Shown here piece by piece: positions 20,107 to 27,649 of a DNA stretch of 64,000 bases. Position 1 is the first letter of the stretch. The number at the start of each line of letters is the position of its first letter. Origin of the DNA: an uncultured Alphaproteobacteria bacterium (lineage in GTDB: Bacteria > Pseudomonadota > Alphaproteobacteria > HIMB59 > GCA-002718135); the NCBI GenBank assembly GCA_902522865.1, contig CABYXC010000001.1, positions 121,693 through 185,692 on the forward strand, read 5' to 3'. Position numbers and translations under genes: made by a program. Below the pieces are notes generated by a model. It searched no databases and was not told the origin of the DNA. It worked only from the letters and a program-made list of their open reading frames with translations.

Positions 20107-21213
20107 ATGAAAAAAAATTTCAGGTTTTATGATAACAGACAAAAATATTTATTATTTGTCACAACAACAAATGAAAAAAATCAAATTGCTGAAGCGATAC
20201 GTCCTCACGTAAATAAAATTAAACCGCAAAAACCTGGCTTAAAAATATTTGATGCCGGTATGGGTGATGGTTCCTTACTTATGAATGTTATGCGTCAGTG
20301 CCACGAAGCTAGGCCTAATGTACCTCTATTAGTTTGCACAAAAGAAATAAGTATTGAAGATGTAAGATTAGGTTTAGAAAAACTACCCGATAGGTTTGTT
20401 GAACATAAGAATACGGTTTTTGTTATTTCAAATCTACACTACGCTGAAGCTGCAAACCTAAAATCAAAAAATGACGTTAAACAGAAAAAAATTAATTGGA
20501 ATATTATTAAATTAAAAGGAGACACTTCTCTTGAATTTGCTCAACAATTAAGAAAACAAAATGAATTTTTAGAAAAAAAATGGAATATAGAAATTAACAA
20601 AAAGTCAGGTAACCATACTTATAAAGAGCCTTCAGTCATGGTTATCTACCGTGAAGATCAAGAATTTAATGTAAATGAATTAATACCTACCAAAAAAAAA
20701 TCAGATAATAAATTTGATCTCATTATTGCTTCACAGCCTTATCGTTCAAGAATTTCAGCAGAAAAGAAATCAAAATACGTCATCGAACCAATGATTAGAG
20801 CGTTAAAATCAAAAGGGAAATTATTAACTATTCATGCTTCAGGAAAAGATCCTGCTAATGAAATAATTCGTAAAATTTGGCCAAAAGAGGACCCATTTCC
20901 TTCTCTTGGAAATAGTATCATTTCTTATCTTAAGAAAAATTTAGATAAAGATTTGTTAAGCAGTTTATCTTTTGGAGAAAAAAGAATTATTAAATGTAAA
21001 TTGAGAGCTCTACCAACAGAAATCAGCGGAGGTATAGCGACATCATTAGTTTTTTCTGCTTGGAATGCCTCCATATATGTCAATCAAATGGATGATGATA
21101 AAGTAATGAAGGTAGAAAAAACAAAAAACTATGAAAAAATTGTTCAAAATATTGTTGCGAAAAATAAAGGCCTTTATTTCAACAATGAAATATTTGTAAT
21201 CGAAAAAAAATAA
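20107..21213 (+). CDS. hypothetical protein with class-I SAM-methyltransferase-like motif (possibly histamine N-methyltransferase-like fold)
   Basis: 368 aa. IFDAGMGDGS resembles SAM motif I. Later blocks are FDLIIASQPY and KGKLLTIHASG. The family assignment rests on recollection only. Confidence 0.35.
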   Translation: MKKNFRFYDNRQKYLLFVTTTNEKNQIAEAIRPHVNKIKPQKPGLKIFDAGMGDGSLLMNVMRQCHEARPNVPLLVCTKEISIEDVRLGLEKLPDRFVEHKNTVFVISNLHYAEAANLKSKNDVKQKKINWNIIKLKGDTSLEFAQQLRKQNEFLEKKWNIEINKKSGNHTYKEPSVMVIYREDQEFNVNELIPTKKKSDNKFDLIIASQPYRSRISAEKKSKYVIEPMIRALKSKGKLLTIHASGKDPANEIIRKIWPKEDPFPSLGNSIISYLKKNLDKDLLSSLSFGEKRIIKCKLRALPTEISGGIATSLVFSAWNASIYVNQMDDDKVMKVEKTKNYEKIVQNIVAKNKGLYFNNEIFVIEKK

Positions 21214-21217
21214 TTTT

Positions 21218-22018
21218 TTATTTAAACCAATTAACTTCTGTTTTTAAAAAATCCTCTGTATGAATAATTAAAGCGTCAGATCGAATTATTGCAACATTAT
21301 AATTTGTATCTGTATTAGCCGTTCCTAAACGATATTCATTTGAAAAGTTAGGTATTAGAGGAGACCAAGTACTTCTTGGGGAGGAAAAAGTAATTCCACA
21401 ATAAGAACCAGAACTTGTAATGTGTTGATGACCAAAAAAAATATGTTTTATTATCTTATTATTTTTAGTTAAAATTTGTTGAAACTCTTTTTTTTGTTGT
21501 AATCCTATTCCATCACTTTCCTCTTTTACTAATGCCAGTGGATTATGATGCATAAAGATGTACGTATCTGTATTAGTTTTACCTAAAATATTATTTAACC
21601 ATTCTTGCCTCTCTTCACAGTAATGTCCTTGGTGAGTGTTAATTAGATTAGTATCTATAAAAATTAAACGTTTATTATCTATATCCTTAAAGTATTGAAT
21701 AAATCCATTTGGATCGGTTTCAATATTAGGAAAGTTTATTTTAAACTCATCTCTGTTATCATGATTACCTATAATGAGTTGAGGATTTAAATTCTTTGGC
21801 AGGCCTGCTTCATCAATGATTTTTATAAATAACTGATAAGAATCTTTATCACCTAAGTCTGTAATATCGCCAGTGATGGCAAATAAATCTGCATCACCAT
21901 GATTATTTTTTATATGACTTAATGCTTTTTTAAATTTACTGACAGGATCTATGCCATGAATCTTATCTATATAAATATGAGGGTCTGAAAGATGAATAAT
22001 TTTCATTATTTTATACAA
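21218..22018 (-). CDS. calcineurin-like metallophosphoesterase (CpdA/GpdQ-type phosphodiesterase)
   Basis: 266 aa. Motifs HLSDPH, GDITDLG, GNHD, MHHNP, GHQH. The likely true start is the internal MKIIHLSD. Confidence 0.8.
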   Translation of the reverse strand: MYKIMKIIHLSDPHIYIDKIHGIDPVSKFKKALSHIKNNHGDADLFAITGDITDLGDKDSYQLFIKIIDEAGLPKNLNPQLIIGNHDNRDEFKINFPNIETDPNGFIQYFKDIDNKRLIFIDTNLINTHQGHYCEERQEWLNNILGKTNTDTYIFMHHNPLALVKEESDGIGLQQKKEFQQILTKNNKIIKHIFFGHQHITSSGSYCGITFSSPRSTWSPLIPNFSNEYRLGTANTDTNYNVAIIRSDALIIHTEDFLKTEVNWFK

Positions 22019-22026
22019 ATTTATAA

Positions 22027-22659
22027 TTAGATCGCAGTTTTAAAATAAATATACTTATTAAATTCCTCTTTTAAGTCGATGCTAACTCTTGCATGTACTT
22101 TACCTTGTTTTCCATGAAATGATTGTTTTTCTTTAACTGGAAACACCCCTTCATGCCAAATGTTTGGATGAATATACAAACCTTTTGATCCATCACAATA
22201 AAATGCTTTGAAATGTTCTGGTTCGATGTCGTCTGTTGGTAAAGCTAAAGGACAAATAAATGGTTTATTTTCTGCAGGAAAAAAAAGCTGACCTCCATCA
22301 GGATGATAATTTGCATGCCATAGAAATATTTTTGTTGGATCTGAATATTTATCTTTTTGCAATTCTTGATCGGGGTTATTGGCATAACCCAGTATATATT
22401 TTCCATCTACTTCATAATCGCTCTTATGTTGGACAGCATTATTTTGTCCATAAAGCACATCACCTTGCCACCAGGTATCAAAAGAACCTTCGGTAGTTCC
22501 ACCTTCATTACCAGTTCCCTCTTCTATGTCGCGCCATCCTTGTTTTGGCCAAGTAACAATTTCAATATCACTATTTTCAAAACTATCGATTAAATATCCG
22601 TATCCTTTAAGATTTTCATTTGTTGCTTTAACTAATGGTATTTCAATTTCTTTTGTCAT
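22027..22659 (-). CDS. ureidoglycolate-lyase-like / cupin-fold protein, function unknown
   Basis: 210 aa. Block order LKGYGYLI ... NYHPDGGQLFFP ... KAFYCDGSKGLYIHPNIWHEG parallels AllA-type ureidoglycolate lyase as I remember it. Confidence 0.5.
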   Translation of the reverse strand: MTKEIEIPLVKATNENLKGYGYLIDSFENSDIEIVTWPKQGWRDIEEGTGNEGGTTEGSFDTWWQGDVLYGQNNAVQHKSDYEVDGKYILGYANNPDQELQKDKYSDPTKIFLWHANYHPDGGQLFFPAENKPFICPLALPTDDIEPEHFKAFYCDGSKGLYIHPNIWHEGVFPVKEKQSFHGKQGKVHARVSIDLKEEFNKYIYFKTAI

Positions 22660-22666
22660 TATTTTG

Positions 22667-23764
22667 TTAGTTTAATGTTAATCCCAATTCAGTAACGACT
22701 TCTTTTACAGCTTTTATTGTATCCATCATGTCTTGTTCATCTAAATTACCAATACACCCAATTCTAAAAGTTTCTGCCACTGTTAGTTTTCCTGGATAAA
22801 TTAAAAAATCTTTTTCACTAAGAGCATTATAAAATTTCTCAAAGTCAAATTTAGGATCATTAGGTTGTTTAAACGTAATAATAATTGGTGCTTGTAAATT
22901 ATCAGGAAGTAATTGCTCAAATCCCAACTCTTTCATTCCATTACAAATAATTTCACAATTTTTTTTATATCTTTTACCTCTTCCTTTTACACCGCCTTGT
23001 TCTTTATGTTCTTCAATAGCTTGGTTGAATGCAGCTAATACGTGTGTTGGAGGTGTAAATCGCCATTGTTTATTTTTTTCCATTGCTTGCCATTGATCAT
23101 ACAAGTCTAGACTTAGTGAGTGACTATTGCCTTTTGCATTTTGAATAACTTCATTTTTAACAAGAATGAAACCAACACCTGGCACACCTTCTAAGCATTT
23201 GTTTGATGAAGCGGCTACAGCATCAAAAGTAATTGTTTTAGAACTTAAGGGTAATGCACCAAAGGCACTCATTGCATCGATGAATAACGATAAATTTTTC
23301 CCCTCAACCAATTTTGCAATGTCTTCAATAGGATTTAAAATACCCGATGTTGTTTCACAATATACAGCAAAGACGTGTGTTAAGTTGTTGCTATCAATTA
23401 AGTCTTCAATTTTATTGATGTCATGTACTTCATGTTCAGCAACTTCATATTCAATAAAATCTCTCCCTAAATATGTGCACATTTTTTTCATTCTTTGTCC
23501 GTAAGCACCATTGATCAGAATCAGAATTTTAGAATCTTTTTGAGTAAGAGAGCTTACCATCGACTCTACGGCAAAAGTTCCACTTCCCTGCATTGGAACA
23601 CATTGATATTTATCTTCACCGTCTATTAATTTAACAAGGGAATCTCTAATTGATGCATTGAGATCAATAAATTTTGTATCTCTCGAACCCCAATCATGAA
23701 GCATAGCCTCTTTTGTTGACATCGATGTCGTGAGAGGACCAGGGGTTAATAATTTTTTATCCAT
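22667..23764 (-). CDS. phnW: 2-aminoethylphosphonate:pyruvate aminotransferase
   Basis: 365 aa class-V aminotransferase. LLTPGPLTTS N-terminus, SSNKCLEGVPG PLP-lysine block. Phosphonate gene context. Confidence 0.8.
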   Translation of the reverse strand: MDKKLLTPGPLTTSMSTKEAMLHDWGSRDTKFIDLNASIRDSLVKLIDGEDKYQCVPMQGSGTFAVESMVSSLTQKDSKILILINGAYGQRMKKMCTYLGRDFIEYEVAEHEVHDINKIEDLIDSNNLTHVFAVYCETTSGILNPIEDIAKLVEGKNLSLFIDAMSAFGALPLSSKTITFDAVAASSNKCLEGVPGVGFILVKNEVIQNAKGNSHSLSLDLYDQWQAMEKNKQWRFTPPTHVLAAFNQAIEEHKEQGGVKGRGKRYKKNCEIICNGMKELGFEQLLPDNLQAPIIITFKQPNDPKFDFEKFYNALSEKDFLIYPGKLTVAETFRIGCIGNLDEQDMMDTIKAVKEVVTELGLTLN

Positions 23765-23852
23765 TAAATATTTACTTAATAAATATTATTATAAATTTGA
23801 TCAATCTTATTAAAGTTGGAATTGAATTTATTTTCTAATAAGTTAATTATAA

Positions 23853-24428
23853 ATGAAAATGGAAGAAAATATTGTAGACTATCTCTTACATCTTTTGAAA
23901 ACAAAAGGTGCTGATATTCAATATGGTAATGAGGATGTGACCCAGCTTGAGCACGCACTCCAATGTGCTGAACTTGCTGAAAAACATAAATTACCAGGAC
24001 CAACAATTGCTGCAGCATTACTGCATGATGTTGGCCACCTTATCTATGAGGACGGCGATCCCATTCATGAAGGGAAAGATGGTCATCATGAAAATTTAGG
24101 TGCTGATTTTTTAAAAAAATATTTTGGTGAGGATGTTATTCTACCAATTAGAGCACATGTTGACTCAAAAAGATATTTATCAAGTGTTGAAGAAGGTTAT
24201 TATGATAGTCTATCAGAAGCATCGAAACTTTCGTTAAAAGTTCAAGGTGGTCCTTTCACAAAAGAAGAAGCAGATGCGTTTATAAGCAAACCTTTTATGG
24301 ATGAAGCAGTAGAGCTTAGAAGATTTGATGATTTAGCAAAAATTCTAGATAAAAAAACTCCCGATGTTGAACATTTCCGCCCCTATTTAGAAGAAGCAAG
24401 ACAGTCTTTTTTAGCTAAACAAGCGTAA
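23853..24428 (+). CDS. HD-domain protein of the PhnZ/TmpB phosphonate-oxygenase type
   Basis: 191 aa. QLEHALQCAELA and AALLHDVGHL blocks match my memory of PhnZ (QLEHSLQCA, AALLHDLGH). Further His/Asp ligands follow (HHEN, HVDSKRY). Confidence 0.65.
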   Translation: MKMEENIVDYLLHLLKTKGADIQYGNEDVTQLEHALQCAELAEKHKLPGPTIAAALLHDVGHLIYEDGDPIHEGKDGHHENLGADFLKKYFGEDVILPIRAHVDSKRYLSSVEEGYYDSLSEASKLSLKVQGGPFTKEEADAFISKPFMDEAVELRRFDDLAKILDKKTPDVEHFRPYLEEARQSFLAKQA

Positions 24429-24953
24429 ATGCAATTTAGCAATTATGATTTTATTGACTCTAAGTCATTTGCAGGCAAAATTATATTAACTTCTTTCCCA
24501 GGTCTTAACTCTAATGGTTTATTTGAAGAAACAATTTTAGCAAACGAATTAGAAATATTTAAAAATAATAATTGTAGTTCTATTACTTCTTTTGTTGAAG
24601 ATAGCGAATTTGAAAAATTGTGTGATAAAACTTTGTTTGTCAAAAATATTTATGAACATAAATTACATTGGTACCATTTACCCATTTATGACATGGGAGC
24701 ACCAGATAAAGATTTTAAATATAAATGGGAAACAACAAAAGTTTTATTAAAGAACGAATTGATAGATGGTAAAAACATAGTTTTACATTGCCGTGGAGGA
24801 AAAGGAAGAGCTGGCACTATAGCTGCTATTTTACTTGTTGAATTTAATTATGAAAAACAAGAAGCTATTGATCTAGTACGATCAAGAAGAAAAGGAGCTA
24901 TTGAGTCAAAAATCCAAGAAGATTTTATTTTTTCTTATCGAGCAGTTAATTAA
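24429..24953 (+). CDS. CX5R dual-specificity/tyrosine-phosphatase-fold protein
   Basis: 174 aa. Active-site HCRGGKGRAGT. Starts 1 nt after the HD gene stop. Confidence 0.7.
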   Translation: MQFSNYDFIDSKSFAGKIILTSFPGLNSNGLFEETILANELEIFKNNNCSSITSFVEDSEFEKLCDKTLFVKNIYEHKLHWYHLPIYDMGAPDKDFKYKWETTKVLLKNELIDGKNIVLHCRGGKGRAGTIAAILLVEFNYEKQEAIDLVRSRRKGAIESKIQEDFIFSYRAVN

Positions 24954-26002
24954 AAAGAGACCGTTAAATTAAAAATATTTTCTAGAATAAATAAAACAAT
25001 TAAAGAAATTAAAGCTGTAATTATAGGTAGCGTCATCCAACCCAAAGAAATTCTACCTGCAATTGACCATTGAACCTCTTTTCCTCCTTTTAAAAGACCA
25101 ATTCCAATTATGCCGCCGACAACAGCTTGGGAACTTGATACTGGTACCAAAGGTATAGAGGGAAGATTTATAGATTGTAAAAAAGCACTTATACCCTGGG
25201 ATGCAAATAAAAATAAAACAATAGAATGCGATATAACAACAATAAATGCTGCCACTGGTGTCATTTTTAAGAGATCATTACCCACGGTAAACATAACTCT
25301 TTTCGAGTAAGTAAAAACACCAACAGCTATTGCTAAACCACCCAGCAGAAATAATTGTTCTTTTGAGGAAAAGACAAATAAATTTCCAATAGTAACATCA
25401 GTAAACGGTGATATAGGTACGAAGACACCCATTACATTGGCAATATTGTTTGCACCTAAACTATAAGCACCAAAAGCACCCGCTAAAAGTAAAGCTGTTC
25501 TTGTATAGGCATCAAGTCTGAGAATATGTAACTTTCTATTGAGTATAACTCTTTTTGTAAAAGTAAATAAACCCATTGCAATAACTCCTGCAATAATAGG
25601 ACAGAGTATCCATGTTCCTAAAATAGTAATTAAAACTTGAAGATTAGTTGAAGATCCCGTGTATAAATTCCAACCAACAATTGCTCCAACAATCGCTTGC
25701 GTTGTTGAAACAGGCAAGCCAACTTTAGTCATTAAATAAACAGATATTCCTGCAGCAACACATGCTGCAAAAGCACCAGGCAATGCATTAATAGCACCTA
25801 ACTTTCCTAAGGTTTCTGTTGTACCTGCTCCGCTAATAATTGCACCTAGAATAACAAAGACACTACAAATTATTGCTGCACTTGTGAAACTAACCATTCG
25901 TGTTCCAACTGCAGTTCCAAAAACATTTGCTGCATCATTGGCACCAAGTGACCAACCTAAAAAAAGACCACCAAATAAAAAAATTAGAATTGTAATTTCC
26001 AT
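24950..26002 (-). CDS. pit: PiT-family inorganic phosphate transporter
   Basis: 350 aa polytopic protein with GANDAANVFGT and a second GANNIANV signature. Confidence 0.85.
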   Translation of the reverse strand: MEITILIFLFGGLFLGWSLGANDAANVFGTAVGTRMVSFTSAAIICSVFVILGAIISGAGTTETLGKLGAINALPGAFAACVAAGISVYLMTKVGLPVSTTQAIVGAIVGWNLYTGSSTNLQVLITILGTWILCPIIAGVIAMGLFTFTKRVILNRKLHILRLDAYTRTALLLAGAFGAYSLGANNIANVMGVFVPISPFTDVTIGNLFVFSSKEQLFLLGGLAIAVGVFTYSKRVMFTVGNDLLKMTPVAAFIVVISHSIVLFLFASQGISAFLQSINLPSIPLVPVSSSQAVVGGIIGIGLLKGGKEVQWSIAGRISLGWMTLPIITALISLIVLFILENIFNLTVSF

Positions 26003-26008
26003 TGAAAA

Positions 26009-26671
26009 TTAAACGGAACGTTTAATAGCGAAAATTTGAACCTCGTCAGCTATGTCTTCTGCTTGATCACAAATACGATCAATCTTTTCTACAAAATATC
26101 GAAGATGCATTTTTTGATCTAGAGGTAATTCAGAATCAAAAATTCTTCTTGCAAGTGAACTAAATTTTATATCAGATTCTTTTTCATAAAAAGTTACTTT
26201 ATGAGCATTATCTCTAACAGATTTAATATCTCTAAAAAATGATCGGACAGTCAAACAAAGTGACTCAACACAATTTACAACAGTCTCTGTTAACTCAATA
26301 AGATCTTCATGAAATTCTTTTGGAAAATTAGGTTTTTGAATAGAGAAGTGATAGCAATTTCCTTGGTACATTCCAATTAATTCGTCGATGTGTTCTAGAA
26401 GTCGTAACACATCACTTCTTGCATCTGGGATTAGTGTTTCTTCATAAAGAGTATGCTCAACATCTTTTGTAATTTTGTCGGCCTTACTTTCCATTTCTTT
26501 AACTTTTTCAACCATTTCCTCAAATTTACCATTGGCGGAATGATTGAGATAAGTTGGAACTATCGATTTAAATACTAAGCCCACTTCAGAGACAATATCA
26601 ACAAACTCATCAATTTCTCTTTCAAGCTTTTTGGTATCACCAAATAATGATGCACTTTTTAATCCAAACAT
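26009..26671 (-). CDS. DUF47/PhoU-like phosphate-transport accessory protein
   Basis: 220 aa helical protein directly upstream of pit, the usual pairing. Confidence 0.75.
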   Translation of the reverse strand: MFGLKSASLFGDTKKLEREIDEFVDIVSEVGLVFKSIVPTYLNHSANGKFEEMVEKVKEMESKADKITKDVEHTLYEETLIPDARSDVLRLLEHIDELIGMYQGNCYHFSIQKPNFPKEFHEDLIELTETVVNCVESLCLTVRSFFRDIKSVRDNAHKVTFYEKESDIKFSSLARRIFDSELPLDQKMHLRYFVEKIDRICDQAEDIADEVQIFAIKRSV

Positions 26672-26710
26672 GGCGTGCTTATAGAACTTTTCAAAAAAAA
26701 AGAAAGAAAT

Positions 26711-26728
26711 GTTAAATTTTTGTTACAA
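26711..26728 (-). promoter_or_regulatory. candidate Pho-box-like site TTGTAAC-AAAA-ATTTAAC
   Basis: 7-4-7 direct repeat about 40 nt upstream of the DUF47-pit operon start, read on the minus strand. Confidence 0.3.
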
Positions 26729-26794
26729 TTTGATTAATATCTTTATCTTTAAGTAAAGTGTAATATTCGCAATATATAGAATTTAGGAGAAGAT

Positions 26795-27022
26795 ATGACA
26801 GATTTATCAATTAATAGAATTAAGTGGTTTAGCACCGCGTTAATTTTATCAGGAATATTATTAACCAATTTAAATGCGTATCCAATTAACATAATTATTC
26901 ACGGTACAGGTGCTGTTGGTTGGTCAATTGTTGGTTATATGACAAAAGATAGAGCTCTGCTTACAAACTTTGGTTTACAGCTCCCACTATTTATTTTTGG
27001 ATATATTTATTTGCTAGCATGA
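26795..27022 (+). CDS. small membrane protein, unknown function
   Basis: 75 aa with 2-3 hydrophobic helices. AGGAGA RBS. ATGA overlap with arsC suggests co-translation. Confidence 0.45.
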   Translation: MTDLSINRIKWFSTALILSGILLTNLNAYPINIIIHGTGAVGWSIVGYMTKDRALLTNFGLQLPLFIFGYIYLLA

Positions 27023-27438
27023 AAAATAAAAATATTCTATTTATGTGTGTTGCTAATTCATCAAGAAGTCAAATGGCTGAAGGAATTGCAAAAAAATTAT
27101 ATCCTAATTGCATTATTAAAAGTGCAGGATCAGTACCCAAAGAAGTCAATCCTAATGCAATTTTGGTTATGAGTGAGATCGATATTGATATATCAAAACA
27201 TTATTCAAAAGATTTTGAAAGTTTAGACAATAAGTTCAGAGATGAATTAAATACCGTTTTTACACTTTGTAAAGAAGAGGTATGCCCAGTTTTAAATTCT
27301 AAAGCTCAGATACTTTCAATTCCATTTGATGATCCTGCATCAGATCGTTTTAGTTCAAACCAATTAGATAAGTTTAGAGAAGTAAGAGATTCAATTTTTG
27401 ATAAATTGAAAGAACTAAAAAATTTATTTGAGAATTAA
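27019..27438 (+). CDS. arsC: arsenate reductase, LMW-PTP (thioredoxin-coupled) type
   Basis: 139 aa. CVANSSRSQMAEG (CX5R-S) P-loop plus downstream Cys residues. Confidence 0.75.
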   Translation: MKNKNILFMCVANSSRSQMAEGIAKKLYPNCIIKSAGSVPKEVNPNAILVMSEIDIDISKHYSKDFESLDNKFRDELNTVFTLCKEEVCPVLNSKAQILSIPFDDPASDRFSSNQLDKFREVRDSIFDKLKELKNLFEN

Positions 27439-27586
27439 TGAAGTTAAAAATTAATTAAATTTATAAAAATTTAATATTCCATTAATCTATTTGTAAACAA
27501 TAAAATTTAAATGTTTCTTACCACTCACAGTATTATTTCCTCCTGCTAATTACCAATAATTGTGAGTGGGATTAATTTTTTATTTC
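27379..27586 (+). repeat. direct repeat copy 1 (arsC 3' end plus downstream spacer with hairpin 27521-27569)
   Basis: About 208 bp aligns by eye at roughly 85% identity with 32165-32371. Both copies contain the 9-bp inverted repeat CCACTCACA...TGTGAGTGG. Confidence 0.85.
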
Positions 27587-27649
27587 TCCTTTTTCGAGTA
27601 CTTTAACAATTGTTTAACATTATAAAATTAAGAATTTAAAGTAAATTTT

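Noticed and set aside
23816-23833. TTGGAAT-TGAA-TTTATTT upstream of the HD gene as a seventh Pho-box-like site
   Set aside because: It lies only 20 nt from the ATG, the spacer is not A-rich and the second half-site is unrelated. It is too weak to list with the others.
23776-24018. 80-aa minus-strand ORF spanning the phnW/HD spacer and the HD gene start
   Set aside because: It overlaps the well-supported HD ORF and would run through the divergent promoter region. It has no motif.
27480-27565. Possible micro-ORF on the minus strand after an AGGAGG in the hairpin loop (GTG-SGKKHLNFIVYK*, with a partly conserved twin in copy 2)
   Set aside because: It is only 13 codons in copy 1, and the two copies differ in length and C-terminus. 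The start lies inside the hairpin stem and there is no downstream gene to regulate. Two synonymous Lys changes are weak evidence in AT-rich DNA. It is kept only as a remark under the hairpin finding.
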